Assembly: GCA_045863335.1 (NCBI GenBank) | Contig: BTVY01000010.1 | Location: forward strand, 78,265 to 142,264 | Length of the DNA stretch: 64,000 nucleotides | Source of the DNA: Candidatus Hydrogenedentota bacterium | GTDB lineage: Bacteria > Hydrogenedentota > Hydrogenedentia > Hydrogenedentales > SLHB01 | Direction: 5' to 3' | In this document: positions 38,492 through 48,457 of the stretch, piece by piece | Layout of the letters: every line of letters starts with the position of its first letter | Position numbering within the stretch: position 1 is the first letter of the stretch | The notes under the pieces: generated by a model | What the model was told of the DNA's origin: nothing | The model's input: the letters and a program-made list of their open reading frames with translations, nothing else | Database searches by the model: none | Translations under genes and position numbers: made by a program

Positions 38492-40921
38492 ATGCCTAGC
38501 AGTGAAACAACGCAGTTGCGCATTTACTGCGTTTGCGGGCAGAAGATGAAGGTGTCTGAAGACATGTTCGGACGCCCGGGCAAGTGCGTGGCGTGCCGGC
38601 AGAAGATCCGCATCCCGCGTCCGGAAGAGCTTCCCGCCAATACCAGCGAACTGTATCTGAAGGACCATCCCGAGTTCCTGCGCAAGGTCAAGCACCGTCC
38701 CGTTGACGAGCGCGAGGTCTCCCCGCCCGCCGAGGAGGATGGAAAACGGAAGCGGCTCTCGGCACCCATCGACGTGCTGGAACCCTTGCGACTGCTGTGT
38801 AGCTTGCGCGCGATTGCCGACAAGCAGATTCGCGCCTTGGACGAGTTGAGTCCCAAGGCCGCAAAAGCGGAAAGCGCGAACCGGGCCGAACTGCTGGGGC
38901 ACCGCACGCGCATCAAGAATCTCCAGGCTGATCTTGAGGAAGAACTGCGCCAACGGCTGATGGAGACGGCGATCGAGCTGAGTTCCGTTCAGGAGAAGAT
39001 CGCCGAATTGAGCCTGGCAGTGCGCGTCGGGGAGGTCTCGTTTCCGGAATACCAGGAGCACGTGGAACGTCTGCGGCGCAAACGCGATCACTTCGAACGA
39101 CGTCAAACGAATCTTCGCGGCTGGCTGACGGTTGAGGATCCCTACAGGGCAGGCGGGCTCCAGGATGTGTCGTTGAGCCAGATTCCGGGTTCGCTTCCCC
39201 GCATCACGCTCCCGGGGGAACCAGACACCGGAACGTCGCTGCTGAATTCCCACGTCGAGGAATTGCGCTTGGCGTTTGAACAGCGATTCCTTGCGGAACG
39301 CAAGCTCGGCGAAGCGGAACGCATGAAGACCGGCCCGGCCATGTCTGAACGTTCGATGGAAGAGTGTCTTGCCGAAGCGGAGGCCGAACGCGGCCGTGCG
39401 CGTGTGCGCGTGCAGTTTTGCCGGGAACGGTTGGAACAATTGGCCGAGGACTTTGCCAGCGACATGGACGGGTTGGACGCGCAACTCGACCACGCCCGCG
39501 GACGCTTGAAGGCGGGCCGGATCGACCGGGAGGAATTTAACGAGGTGGAGCGGCGGTGCCTGCGGGCGCGGGGCGATTTGACCAAAGCCCGCGCGCTGGT
39601 GGTGCGCGCCCTCGCCGCCAATACTACGGACGACGTGCCCCGCCTGCGCGGCACCTTCCTTGACCGGCTCGCAAAACCGACCCGGCCGACGCGCACGCCC
39701 GCCGAGTCTTGGGTGGCGTTTGTATCCGCCGCCCTGATGCTGTTTGTGCTGTTTCAGCCGATCGCGGGAGAGTCCACGCCGCTTGAGCTGTACCGTGCGC
39801 TTGCGGCGCAAGGGGCCGAGTCGCATTGGCTCGTGTCCTTTCCCATGGTTACCGCCATTCTTATCGCCCTGATTTCATTTGTTCCACAACGGACGGTGCG
39901 TGGCCTTGCTCTTGCCGTAATATGGCTGTTGGCGGGTTTGCTCTCGGCAGTGTATTTCCACGAGGCAGCTTACGAGATGGGATTAGTCGCCGAGCGGTTG
40001 CGCGATGGCGGACCCTTGCTTCAGCGCACGGGGATCGTGGTCTATTTCCTCTCGCTCTGCGGTGTCGGCATTGCGTCGGCCATCGCGCTGTTGCCGCCCC
40101 GCGATACGCGGCCCGTTTTCCCTGTCGTGGCCTTGGTCATGGCGGTGGGGTTGGTGGCCATCTTCACGGACTTTGCCGGCATGCGCGTGGCCTCGCCCGT
40201 AATCGATGTTACGCCAACCCTTATCGAGGGCGAGTATCCCGCACGCTACGAGACCAACGTAACGGTGCGCAACGAAGGCGCCCGGATTCTAGTGCTGGCC
40301 TCCGATTCGACCATGGCCAACGCCTACGATTTCATCCTGGACTCACAGATCGGGGAATCGTCCTGGGCGGACGCCGGTACCCCGGAGAAGATTGTCGCCG
40401 GCGGGCGCGAGTTCAAGATAGCATCGGCAGGACCCCAGATTGTCTCCATCCCGGGAGGGAGTGAGGCGGTAATGACCTTCCGTCTATCCCCAGGGACCTA
40501 CCGGGTGTTGCTCAACGCGAACGATCCCGCAAAGTCGAGACAGCGTGAATTCACGTTGGAGGGTCGGGAAGAAACCGCAGCACCCGCGCCTGAGGGGACC
40601 GCGCAAGGCGAGGAACCGGGTGAGGCCGCGCAACCGCCCTTGTCTCCGGAGCTGCTCCGTCAGATCGCGCCACAGGTGGTGTTACGCGGCGTTATGGCGA
40701 CGCCGGGCAAGCCGGCAGTTTTCTCCATTCTGGTCTCTCTGCCCGACGGCCGCTCCCGCGCTGAAACGTATTCCGTAGGCGACGAAGTCTACGACGGCTG
40801 GGTCGCGGGCGAGTTCAATCCCCAAGAGCAAACCGTCACGCTCACCAAAGGCAGCGATATCCTCATCCTCCGCCGCGGCGAGACCTACGTCCTCGCCCCG
40901 CCGAATGGTCCGGCGAGCTGA
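38492..40921 (+). CDS. Hypothetical multidomain membrane protein (Zn ribbon, coiled coil, about 5 TM, beta-rich external domains)
   Basis: CVCGQ..GKCVAC N-terminus; long helical region; hydrophobic stretches; GGAG RBS before ATG 38492. Confidence 0.75.
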   Translation: MPSSETTQLRIYCVCGQKMKVSEDMFGRPGKCVACRQKIRIPRPEELPANTSELYLKDHPEFLRKVKHRPVDEREVSPPAEEDGKRKRLSAPIDVLEPLRLLCSLRAIADKQIRALDELSPKAAKAESANRAELLGHRTRIKNLQADLEEELRQRLMETAIELSSVQEKIAELSLAVRVGEVSFPEYQEHVERLRRKRDHFERRQTNLRGWLTVEDPYRAGGLQDVSLSQIPGSLPRITLPGEPDTGTSLLNSHVEELRLAFEQRFLAERKLGEAERMKTGPAMSERSMEECLAEAEAERGRARVRVQFCRERLEQLAEDFASDMDGLDAQLDHARGRLKAGRIDREEFNEVERRCLRARGDLTKARALVVRALAANTTDDVPRLRGTFLDRLAKPTRPTRTPAESWVAFVSAALMLFVLFQPIAGESTPLELYRALAAQGAESHWLVSFPMVTAILIALISFVPQRTVRGLALAVIWLLAGLLSAVYFHEAAYEMGLVAERLRDGGPLLQRTGIVVYFLSLCGVGIASAIALLPPRDTRPVFPVVALVMAVGLVAIFTDFAGMRVASPVIDVTPTLIEGEYPARYETNVTVRNEGARILVLASDSTMANAYDFILDSQIGESSWADAGTPEKIVAGGREFKIASAGPQIVSIPGGSEAVMTFRLSPGTYRVLLNANDPAKSRQREFTLEGREETAAPAPEGTAQGEEPGEAAQPPLSPELLRQIAPQVVLRGVMATPGKPAVFSILVSLPDGRSRAETYSVGDEVYDGWVAGEFNPQEQTVTLTKGSDILILRRGETYVLAPPNGPAS

Positions 40922-40930
40922 TGGGAATGG

Positions 40931-42286
40931 TTACTCTACGCCCGTAAGCTTGAACACGTAGGCGTGCTGGCAGGGCACCTTGTCCGGCGTGAGCGCGGGC
41001 ACGTCAATTGCGAGTTTGCCGTCGTTCACTTCGGATGCGATGGCGTCAGCCACTCCAAGCATGGTCACCTTCGTATTCGCGCCCGCTTTGGGCGTTGCGA
41101 GCGTGAGTGTATCGCCGGGCCACTTCAGGCAGATGGCGTAGACGGCGCCGTCTTTGGTCGTGTAGCGGATGTCGTCGCCTTCGCGGGTTTCGCGCCAGGC
41201 TTCGGTGCCGTAGATGGCCTCACCGTTCACCTCCAGCCACTTCCCCATATCGAGCAGGCGCTGCTGCATGATGACGGGTATGCGGCCGTCAGCAGTCGGG
41301 CCGATATCGAGCAAGAGATTGCCGCCGCGGCTCGTGTTGTCGATGAGAAGATGGAGCAGTTCTGTTGCGCTGCGGTAGTTGTCGGCGTTCTCGTTGCGGT
41401 TATAGCCGAAGGAGCGTCCCATGCCTTGGCACTCTTCGAAACGGCCGAGGTCGATGAGACGGCCTTCGGGGATGTGTCCGTACTCCGGCGTGGCAAATCC
41501 GCCGTGGACGTTGCGGGTGTCCTTGCCCCAGCGGTCGTTGACGACGACATCCTTCGGTGCGTCGGACTCGTTGAACAACCATGCGAGAAACTCCGGGCTG
41601 TGCCATTTGTCGCTGGTGGCGTCCCACTCGCCGTCCGGCCAGACGATGTCGGGCTTGTAGCGCTGCACGAGGTCCTTCAACTGCGGCAGCATGTGCTCCT
41701 GCGCGTAACGCTCGATGTCGCCGCTTTGGTACAGGGGGTTGTACCACTCGTAGATGGAATAGTAATAGCCCATGCGCAGGCCCTTCGCGCGAACGGAATT
41801 GATGAGGTCGCCGCAGAGATCGCGGTGGGGTCCGATGTCGACGCTGTTCCAGTTCCAGGCTTGGGCGCTGGGCCACAAGGCGAAGCCTTCGTGGTGCTTC
41901 GACGTCAGCACGACATACTTCGCGCCGGAGCGCTGAAAAATGTCCGCCCATTCGTCGGGATTGAAGAGTTCCGCCTTGAACATGGGCGCGAAGTCTTGAT
42001 ATTGGAAATCTTCGCCGTAGGTTTCTACGTGAAACTTCCAGGTCTCGCCGTCCTTGTTCTGCATGTCGTGCCAGTACCATTCGGAGTAGCGGTCTTTCGG
42101 ACCCCAGGCCGGCACGGAATACACGCCCCAGTGGATGAAGATGCCGAACTTGGCATCTTCGAACCATTGTGGATTGGGCCGAGCGTCGAGCGATTCCCAG
42201 GTGGGTTCGTAGGTTACGTCTTGCGCGAAAGCTCCAGCGGCGAGAAAAAGGCAGAGGGACGTTAGAAGAACGCGTGAAAAAGTCAT
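40931..42286 (-). CDS. Alpha-L-fucosidase (GH29)
   Basis: WFEDAKFGIFIHWGVYSVP, LTSKHHEGF, WPDG, VNDRW and NLLLDIGP motifs; signal peptide. Confidence 0.95.
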   Translation of the reverse strand: MTFSRVLLTSLCLFLAAGAFAQDVTYEPTWESLDARPNPQWFEDAKFGIFIHWGVYSVPAWGPKDRYSEWYWHDMQNKDGETWKFHVETYGEDFQYQDFAPMFKAELFNPDEWADIFQRSGAKYVVLTSKHHEGFALWPSAQAWNWNSVDIGPHRDLCGDLINSVRAKGLRMGYYYSIYEWYNPLYQSGDIERYAQEHMLPQLKDLVQRYKPDIVWPDGEWDATSDKWHSPEFLAWLFNESDAPKDVVVNDRWGKDTRNVHGGFATPEYGHIPEGRLIDLGRFEECQGMGRSFGYNRNENADNYRSATELLHLLIDNTSRGGNLLLDIGPTADGRIPVIMQQRLLDMGKWLEVNGEAIYGTEAWRETREGDDIRYTTKDGAVYAICLKWPGDTLTLATPKAGANTKVTMLGVADAIASEVNDGKLAIDVPALTPDKVPCQHAYVFKLTGVE

Positions 42287-42410
42287 GGCTGGTCTCCCCA
42301 ATTTGGATCCGTTCTATCCGATGGGGACGGCGGAAATCAATGCGCGCGCCGCACCTAGCGGCACGGCGCACGCGAAACTCCGTCCTGAGCGAGCGGGATC
42401 GATCGCTACA

Positions 42411-43226
42411 CTAAATCGCTTCCGGACCTCCGGCCGCACCGGTGCCTGTATCTCCCATTTCCTTCCGGAACCGCGCGAAATCGGCTTTCAACGTTTGCGC
42501 TACGATGGCGAAATCGCTGCTGTGGACGATGAAGTTCGCGCCCTGCTTGGCCCACGCGATCTCCTGGTCGATGGCTTCGGAGTAGTGGATGCCGACGCCC
42601 ACGGACGCCTTGCGCGCTTTGGTAATGATCGTGGTGATGGCCTCCTGGAACGTGGGATGGCTGTATTGTTCCGGGATGCCAAGACTGATGGAGAGATCGT
42701 GCGGTCCGACCAACACTGCGTCGAGGCCCGGCACGGCGAGAATGCGATCGAGAGCGGCCAAGGCCGGCGTGCTCTCGATGTTGACGATCATTACGCGGTC
42801 GGCGTTGCGCTCGGCGAGATATGCGCCGGTTTCTTCGTTGGGGACTTCGTCGCCCTTGAGGACCGCGTCAAGCCGTTTGCCCTTCAGGGGCCGCAATTTG
42901 ACCGCGCCCCGCATCGCCATGACCTGCTCGATCGATTCCACGTACGGGGCGATGATGCCGTGGGCGCCGCCGTCGAGCACCATGCAGGCCCGGTACGGGT
43001 CCGGCTCGGGGATGCGCACGATAGGCGCAATGTTCAGCGCGTCGAAGGTGCGGCACATCCAGGACAAGGTTTCGCGGGCGAGCGAGATATGCTCGGTGTC
43101 AATGAACACGTAGTCCATGCCGGTGCCCGCCATCATAGACGGCCATGCCGGAGACGGCGAGACCGCGCAGGTGCCGTAGACGCGTTTGCCGGATCGTAGT
43201 GCCGCCGAAAGTTCCTTGCCTCGCAT
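42411..43226 (-). CDS. HpcH/HpaI aldolase/citrate lyase family protein
   Basis: FIDTEH, VRIP, NIES and VGPHDLSISLG motifs. Confidence 0.88.
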   Translation of the reverse strand: MRGKELSAALRSGKRVYGTCAVSPSPAWPSMMAGTGMDYVFIDTEHISLARETLSWMCRTFDALNIAPIVRIPEPDPYRACMVLDGGAHGIIAPYVESIEQVMAMRGAVKLRPLKGKRLDAVLKGDEVPNEETGAYLAERNADRVMIVNIESTPALAALDRILAVPGLDAVLVGPHDLSISLGIPEQYSHPTFQEAITTIITKARKASVGVGIHYSEAIDQEIAWAKQGANFIVHSSDFAIVAQTLKADFARFRKEMGDTGTGAAGGPEAI

Positions 43227-43312
43227 GATGGGTCGCGCTCCTTCCTGGGTTGGCCTGAGAAAGCCGTATTGTAGATCATTTGAAGCGGAGCCGCATCTGG
43301 CGAGACCGGACC

Positions 43313-43350
43313 GATCGGTCAGATCTGTCGGATCGGTCCGATCAGTCGAT
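43313..43350. repeat. 9-bp GATC-containing tandem repeat
   Basis: GATCGGTCA-GATCTGTCG-GATCGGTCC-GATCAGTC-GAT in a divergent intergenic region. Confidence 0.7.
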
Positions 43351-43411
43351 GCTGGACGCCGCCGCCCCGCGATCCTACAATGGAGTCTCCAAATTATCAG
43401 GAGAGTCCGTT

Positions 43412-44092
43412 ATGCGAAATGCCCGCCCATTACTCGCAATCCTTTGCGCCCTGTGCTGCACTGCGCTTCCCGCCTTAGCCGAGGAGAACCGCTGGGAATC
43501 CTCGATCAAATCCTTCGAGGAACGGGACCGGGAATCCATGCCGCCGGAGGGCGCGGTTCTATTTGTGGGCAGTTCGAGCATCGTATTGTGGAATCTGGAG
43601 GAATCCTTTCCGGACCTCGCCACCATCAACCGCGGTTTCGGCGGCTCGACGACCGCCGACGTGAATGGTTTTGTCGACAGAATCGTGATCCCGTACAAAC
43701 CCGCGACCATCGTCTTCTACGCGGGAGACAACGACATCGCCAAGGGCACAACGGCGGAAGAGGTCTCGGAGGATTTCCAGACCTTTGTGGAGAAGGTGCG
43801 GCTCGCGTTGCCGGATACCGACATCCTGTACATCTCCATCAAACCCAGCATCGCGCGGTGGAACCTGTGGGATGAGATGAACAAGGCCAATGGTCTGATT
43901 GAGGCCTACTGCGCCGAGCACGAGAATCTGACGTATGTCGATCTCGGTAAGACGATCCTCGGCGAAGACGGCAAACCGCGCGCCGATTTGCTTATGCAAG
44001 ATGGATTGCATCTGAACAAGGATGGATACGCCAAATGGAACGAAGCGTTGCGACCGTACCTCGCAGATGCAAAGAAGAAGGAGGAAAGATAG
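43412..44092 (+). CDS. Secreted SGNH/GDSL hydrolase
   Basis: FVGSSSI, NRGFGGS, YAGDND and DGLH motifs; AGGAG RBS; signal peptide. Confidence 0.9.
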   Translation: MRNARPLLAILCALCCTALPALAEENRWESSIKSFEERDRESMPPEGAVLFVGSSSIVLWNLEESFPDLATINRGFGGSTTADVNGFVDRIVIPYKPATIVFYAGDNDIAKGTTAEEVSEDFQTFVEKVRLALPDTDILYISIKPSIARWNLWDEMNKANGLIEAYCAEHENLTYVDLGKTILGEDGKPRADLLMQDGLHLNKDGYAKWNEALRPYLADAKKKEER

Positions 44093-44098
44093 GCACAA

Positions 44099-45334
44099 TC
44101 AGAGTGCTGCCTCCGCCAACCGAATCAATGCGCGGCCTGCGTGGAAGGAGGTCTTCCACTCGTTGCCTTTGTCGGTGGTCACGGGTTGGCCGGTGTCCCA
44201 ATAGACGTCCTGGTACCAGTCTCCGAACTCGTGGTCGATCTGGTACTGCCAAATCCATTCGAACGTTTTCTGGAGAGCCTCGTCGTATTTGGTTTCGCCG
44301 GTCCATTTGTGGGCGTCGAGCAGCGCGTTAATCAGCTCCGCCTGTCCCCACCAGGGTTTGAGTAATCGGTCTCCGGGGAGGTCGACGGCATCCAGAACAG
44401 GTCCGGTCATGGGGCCATACGCCGCGAGGCCGCCGCGTTCGCAGTCGAAACCGAAATCCAGCGCGTGATCAATCAAGCCAAGTACTGCGGGGCGATAGTC
44501 TTCGCGCGATTCTTCCAACACATCCGCTGCCGCAAGCAGCAGCCACGCCATCTCGACGTTGATACCGTACGAAGTCGTCATCACGCCGCGCGCGTCCCCA
44601 GCCGGATTCCAGTCGTAGTCGAAGGCGGTGATGCTGCACCGGTGCTCGGGATGAATTCCCCGGTCGCGGACGAGGTGCGTTACACGGCGCAGCGCGTCGA
44701 GATGTTTCGGATCCCGCGTGGCGCCGGCGAGGTACATGAGGCATTCCATCATGTTCGTGTGCATGTCGACCGTCTTGATTTGCGCCTGATCGCCGAGGTG
44801 CATTTGGTCGGCGTTGAGCGGAGGCCAGTTCTGGTCATCGAAGTCTTCGATGTATCCAAGATCGCGGTCGGTCGCTTGCGAATGAACGACATCAAACACG
44901 CGGTTTACCCACTCCAGCACGTCCTCACGCCGGGTTGCGAGATAGAATTCCGTGAGGCCCGTGATGGCGTAGGCGTGGAAGTCCGTGTTCTTGCGCGTGC
45001 ATTTCGGCGCGCCGTCGCGCGTCACGGAGAAGTGAAACCCGCCGTTTGCTTCGTCCCACATGTGACGCGTAACGAAGTCGAAACCCCGTGAAGCAAGGTC
45101 AAGATACCCGCGATCGGTCAAGCCATGCCGGTGCGCCGCGGACAGACTTGCGATCATGCGCACCTGCATCATGAGGATCTTTTCGGAGTCGTCCAGCCGC
45201 CGTCCTTGTCGATCGAGGCGAGTCAGAAAGCCGCCATACTGGTGGTCCCACGCATGGTTCGCCCAGAACGGCATGAGGTTTTCCGCGAGCAAGTCGTGGG
45301 CGATGGACTGTATGGCGCGATCTTCGAAAATCAT
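44099..45334 (-). CDS. AGE-family epimerase/isomerase (cellobiose 2-epimerase-like)
   Basis: WDHQYGGF, SYGINVEMAWLL, WWGQAE, GDWY and WKTSFHAGRAL motifs. Confidence 0.85.
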   Translation of the reverse strand: MIFEDRAIQSIAHDLLAENLMPFWANHAWDHQYGGFLTRLDRQGRRLDDSEKILMMQVRMIASLSAAHRHGLTDRGYLDLASRGFDFVTRHMWDEANGGFHFSVTRDGAPKCTRKNTDFHAYAITGLTEFYLATRREDVLEWVNRVFDVVHSQATDRDLGYIEDFDDQNWPPLNADQMHLGDQAQIKTVDMHTNMMECLMYLAGATRDPKHLDALRRVTHLVRDRGIHPEHRCSITAFDYDWNPAGDARGVMTTSYGINVEMAWLLLAAADVLEESREDYRPAVLGLIDHALDFGFDCERGGLAAYGPMTGPVLDAVDLPGDRLLKPWWGQAELINALLDAHKWTGETKYDEALQKTFEWIWQYQIDHEFGDWYQDVYWDTGQPVTTDKGNEWKTSFHAGRALIRLAEAAL

Positions 45335-45396
45335 ACCTCGTTCACCAAGCGCATCCCCTGCAAATTGGAAAAGACTCTCGGGTCCTATGGAAAGGA

Positions 45397-46743
45397 TTAG
45401 GCCCCCAGATTCACCCAATACACTTTATTCGACAGCAGTTCCGTATTCGCGCCGCCGGGCGGGCCTTCGGTGAAAATGAGGCCAGGCGCGGTGGGCACGC
45501 GATTGTGGCCGGTGGGGCGTTCGATACTGGGCAGCCAGCGGGCGGCGGACGCGTCGGGAGACGTTACAATCCGGCTGTTGACTACGTTGCCTTCGGCGTC
45601 ACAATCGAAGACGGCGATTTCGCAGGAACCGTGACCCCACAGCTTCTTATCGGGACCATGCGGCGGCGCAACCGCGATGAGTGCCACCAGGATCCGGCCG
45701 TCTTCGGTGCGGGTTACGTTGCCGGGAGTTATCAATCCCCACTCTTCATACCCGGTTGGCAGCGAGGGACGAAGCATGCGGTGTTCCCACGCGCCGTCGG
45801 TTCCCAGGACCGCGATCCACGCGCTGGGGATATCCGCGCGGTAGTCGCTGCAAACCAAACAAGGCCGTCCATCCGTCAACACGGCCACACCGCCGCCGCG
45901 CAGGCCCGCTTCCTCGTCTTGGAGATTCTGGTTGATTACCTCAACCGTCTTCGCGTTCGCAGGAAGTTCGACGGGCGTCCCATCGCTCTGCGTCCAGGTT
46001 TCGCCAAAGTCCTCGCTGCGCAGGTAGCCGATGGTATGTCCGCGCCCCGGATTGTTGTCGTAGATCCGGCAGGTCAAGTGCAGCGTTTTGAAGTCCGGGC
46101 TCCAGGCCAAACCATCCATGAAATGGGCGTAGCCCATGTGCTCCGCTTGAAGGATCGCGCGTGGACCTTCCCAGGGGCCGTTCTTCTTGCGCGTGTACAA
46201 ATTGGCAACCCATGGCTCGGTCTTGCTGCTTTCGCGGCAGGTCAGGTAGAGCGTGTCGTCGGGGCCGCAGACCAGCGTGGGATACGTCGTCGTTTTGCCG
46301 ACCTCCTCGTATTCCGTCCATTCCGAGGCGTCGTTCGGCCGCACCGATCGGCGGTACCGCATGGGATGATGGTGTGGAAAGTAGCTGATGTGGAGGTAGC
46401 CCTCGCTGTCCACGGTCAGGGCCGGGCCGCCGTGGTTATCATGAGCCTCACCAATCGTATACACCGGCGACCACTCGCCGGATCGCCGGTCCAGCGTCCG
46501 CATGCGCACGCGGAAACCTTCCTCTGGCGAGTCGAGCCAGGCCACATGGGTGTTCTCGCCGATGGAGACGATCTTGTTGGCCTCCGCGTACCCGGTCGCC
46601 CGGCCGCAACCCGTTTCGGACAGGAGAGTTACGTTCTGGTCGTCTCCGCCTTGCGCGAGGGCGCTGAGGACGGGCCCAGCGCCGATTACCGAGGCAGTTT
46701 TCAAGAATGTCCGGCGTGTCATCATAGCCAGGGCGTCCTCCAT
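45397..46743 (-). CDS. Tat-exported BNR-repeat (BNR_4) beta-propeller protein
   Basis: TRRTFLK Tat motif; DNHGGPAL..GYLH, TYP and RSEDFGETW Asp-box motifs. Confidence 0.8.
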   Translation of the reverse strand: MEDALAMMTRRTFLKTASVIGAGPVLSALAQGGDDQNVTLLSETGCGRATGYAEANKIVSIGENTHVAWLDSPEEGFRVRMRTLDRRSGEWSPVYTIGEAHDNHGGPALTVDSEGYLHISYFPHHHPMRYRRSVRPNDASEWTEYEEVGKTTTYPTLVCGPDDTLYLTCRESSKTEPWVANLYTRKKNGPWEGPRAILQAEHMGYAHFMDGLAWSPDFKTLHLTCRIYDNNPGRGHTIGYLRSEDFGETWTQSDGTPVELPANAKTVEVINQNLQDEEAGLRGGGVAVLTDGRPCLVCSDYRADIPSAWIAVLGTDGAWEHRMLRPSLPTGYEEWGLITPGNVTRTEDGRILVALIAVAPPHGPDKKLWGHGSCEIAVFDCDAEGNVVNSRIVTSPDASAARWLPSIERPTGHNRVPTAPGLIFTEGPPGGANTELLSNKVYWVNLGA

Positions 46744-46846
46744 TTTGTAGGCCTCAAGGCCGAGGATGAAGGACGGGCGCGGTACCGGTCAAGTTTCGCC
46801 AGGCCCCTGGATCGGAATCGTCGCTCCATAGGCTCCAACCGTTGGT

Positions 46847-46876
46847 TTGACAGGTTCTTCAAGCCTTTGGTAGACT
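46847..46876 (+). promoter_or_regulatory. sigma70 promoter of the infC-rpmI-rplT operon
   Basis: TTGACA-18 nt-TAGACT with extended -10 TG. Confidence 0.7.
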
Positions 46877-46894
46877 ACCGTGCTTTTGAAGAGC

Positions 46895-47022
46895 AAGTAG
46901 AAGCACCCGCTTCTCACCTTGCCGCGATCCGTGATAGTCGGATTTGGGCGCAAGGTTTGTCAGCACGAGACAACTGTGTGTTCTCGGCGGCAAGGCGTGG
47001 TGTGTCTTGCCGCCGTTTTTTT
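46895..47022 (+). promoter_or_regulatory. Ribosomal protein L20 leader with attenuator
   Basis: AAGTAGAAGCACCCGCTTCTCACC as I recall it from the Firmicute L20 leader, ending in terminator GGCGGCAAG..CTTGCCGCC-GTTTTTTT upstream of infC. Confidence 0.8.
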
Positions 47023-47101
47023 GTGCCTGCGGGCCGATACCGTGGTTGGCCCGGCGGCAGCCGGAAACGTACTTGGACACGGAAGACAGGAGGGCACTGT
47101 A

Positions 47102-47641
47102 ATCGCCAGGCCGATTGAGCAACGAGTGCGGGTGAATGAGGCCATTCACGCCCGCCAGGTTCGCGTCATCGATGAAGAAGGCAATCAGTTGGGGATCATG
47201 TCGCCCCAGGATGCATTGCGCGACGCTTATGAACGCGGACTCGATTTAGTTGAAGTAGCGCCCAATGCGTCACCGACGGTGTGCCGCATCATGGACTACG
47301 GTAAGTATAAATACCAGCAGAGCAAGCGCGCGAAAGAGTCGAAGAAGCACCAGCACACGGTCACGGTCAAGGAAGTAAAGTACCGGCCGAAGATCGACAA
47401 ACACGATTTCGACTACAAGACGAACCATGTGCGCGAGTTCCTGGGCGAAGGCAATAAGGTAAAAGTTACGATCATGTTTCGTGGGCGCGAGCTGGCCCAT
47501 CCGGAGTTTGGCCACGAGATTCTGTCGCGAGTTCTGGAGGCGACCAAGGATTTGTGCCAAGACGAGATTGACCCGAAACGGCAGCGGCTGGAGGGTCGAA
47601 ACATGACGATCGTTTTGTCGCCGGCGAAGCAGCCCGGCTGA
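47102..47641 (+). CDS. infC: Translation initiation factor IF-3 (non-canonical ATC start)
   Basis: RVNEAI..VRVIDEEG, LDLVEVAP, CRIMDYGKYKY and KVTIMFRGRE motifs; SD AGGAGG 47088-47093 is 8 nt before in-frame ATC. Confidence 0.93.
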   Translation: MARPIEQRVRVNEAIHARQVRVIDEEGNQLGIMSPQDALRDAYERGLDLVEVAPNASPTVCRIMDYGKYKYQQSKRAKESKKHQHTVTVKEVKYRPKIDKHDFDYKTNHVREFLGEGNKVKVTIMFRGRELAHPEFGHEILSRVLEATKDLCQDEIDPKRQRLEGRNMTIVLSPAKQPG

Positions 47642-47809
47642 TTAACCGATAACTTTTGAACTCCTTGCCACAACGGTGGCGGGTTGGCGAATATGAAGCG
47701 ATAGGTGCGGGGGCCATTTTGCCTCGTGCCGGGCGCCAGTCAGGTGCCTTCTGAAGGCGAAGTTCCAGGGTTGCGTGGCGAAGTGGCCCGGAGTGATGGA
47801 GGTGGATAC

Positions 47810-48007
47810 ATGCCAAAAATGAAAACCAACAAATCCGCGTCGAAGCGACTGAAGCGGACCAAGACCGGCAAGTTCAAGCGTTTCAATGCATTCGCGCGGC
47901 ACAAGGCGACGCATAAGCCTGCCAAACGGCGTCGTCGTTTGCGCACGGCCACCTTGATCGCGGCAGTCGACGAGCAACGGGCGTCGAGGATGCTTCCCTA
48001 CGGCTAA
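47810..48007 (+). CDS. rpmI: 50S ribosomal protein L35
   Basis: MPKMKTNKSASKRLKRTKTGKFKR..MLPYG; GGAGG RBS. Confidence 0.95.
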   Translation: MPKMKTNKSASKRLKRTKTGKFKRFNAFARHKATHKPAKRRRRLRTATLIAAVDEQRASRMLPYG

Positions 48008-48088
48008 GGTGGGGAAGAGGTTTAGGATTAGTTTACATTGAAGTCACCGGAGGCGCGGAAGCCGGCCCACCGGATGGAGGATTGAATC

Positions 48089-48451
48089 ATGCCAAGAGCT
48101 ACGAGTGCGCCCGCTTCGCGAAGCCGTCGCAAGAAATTCATCAAGCGCGCATCCGGATACCGGGGAAGCCGGCACCGTCTGTTGAAGACAGCGCGACAGG
48201 CGGTCGAACATGCGGGTACCTACGCGTATCGCGACCGAAAGGCGCGCAAGCGGGATTTCCGTAAGCTGTGGATTGCCCGCATCAACGCGGCCACGCGCGC
48301 GGAAGGGCTGACCTACAGCCGGTTCATTTTGGGACTCAAACTGGCCAACATCGACGTGAATCGCAAGATGCTCGCGGAGATCGCCGCGACGGACGAAGCC
48401 GGGTTCCAGCGGCTCATCCAGGTTGTCAAAGCCAAGCTGCAAGCGGCGTAA
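48089..48451 (+). CDS. rplT: 50S ribosomal protein L20
   Basis: YAYRDRKARKRDFRKLWIARINAA and NRKMLAEIA motifs. Confidence 0.97.
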   Translation: MPRATSAPASRSRRKKFIKRASGYRGSRHRLLKTARQAVEHAGTYAYRDRKARKRDFRKLWIARINAATRAEGLTYSRFILGLKLANIDVNRKMLAEIAATDEAGFQRLIQVVKAKLQAA

Positions 48452-48457
48452 CGGCCT

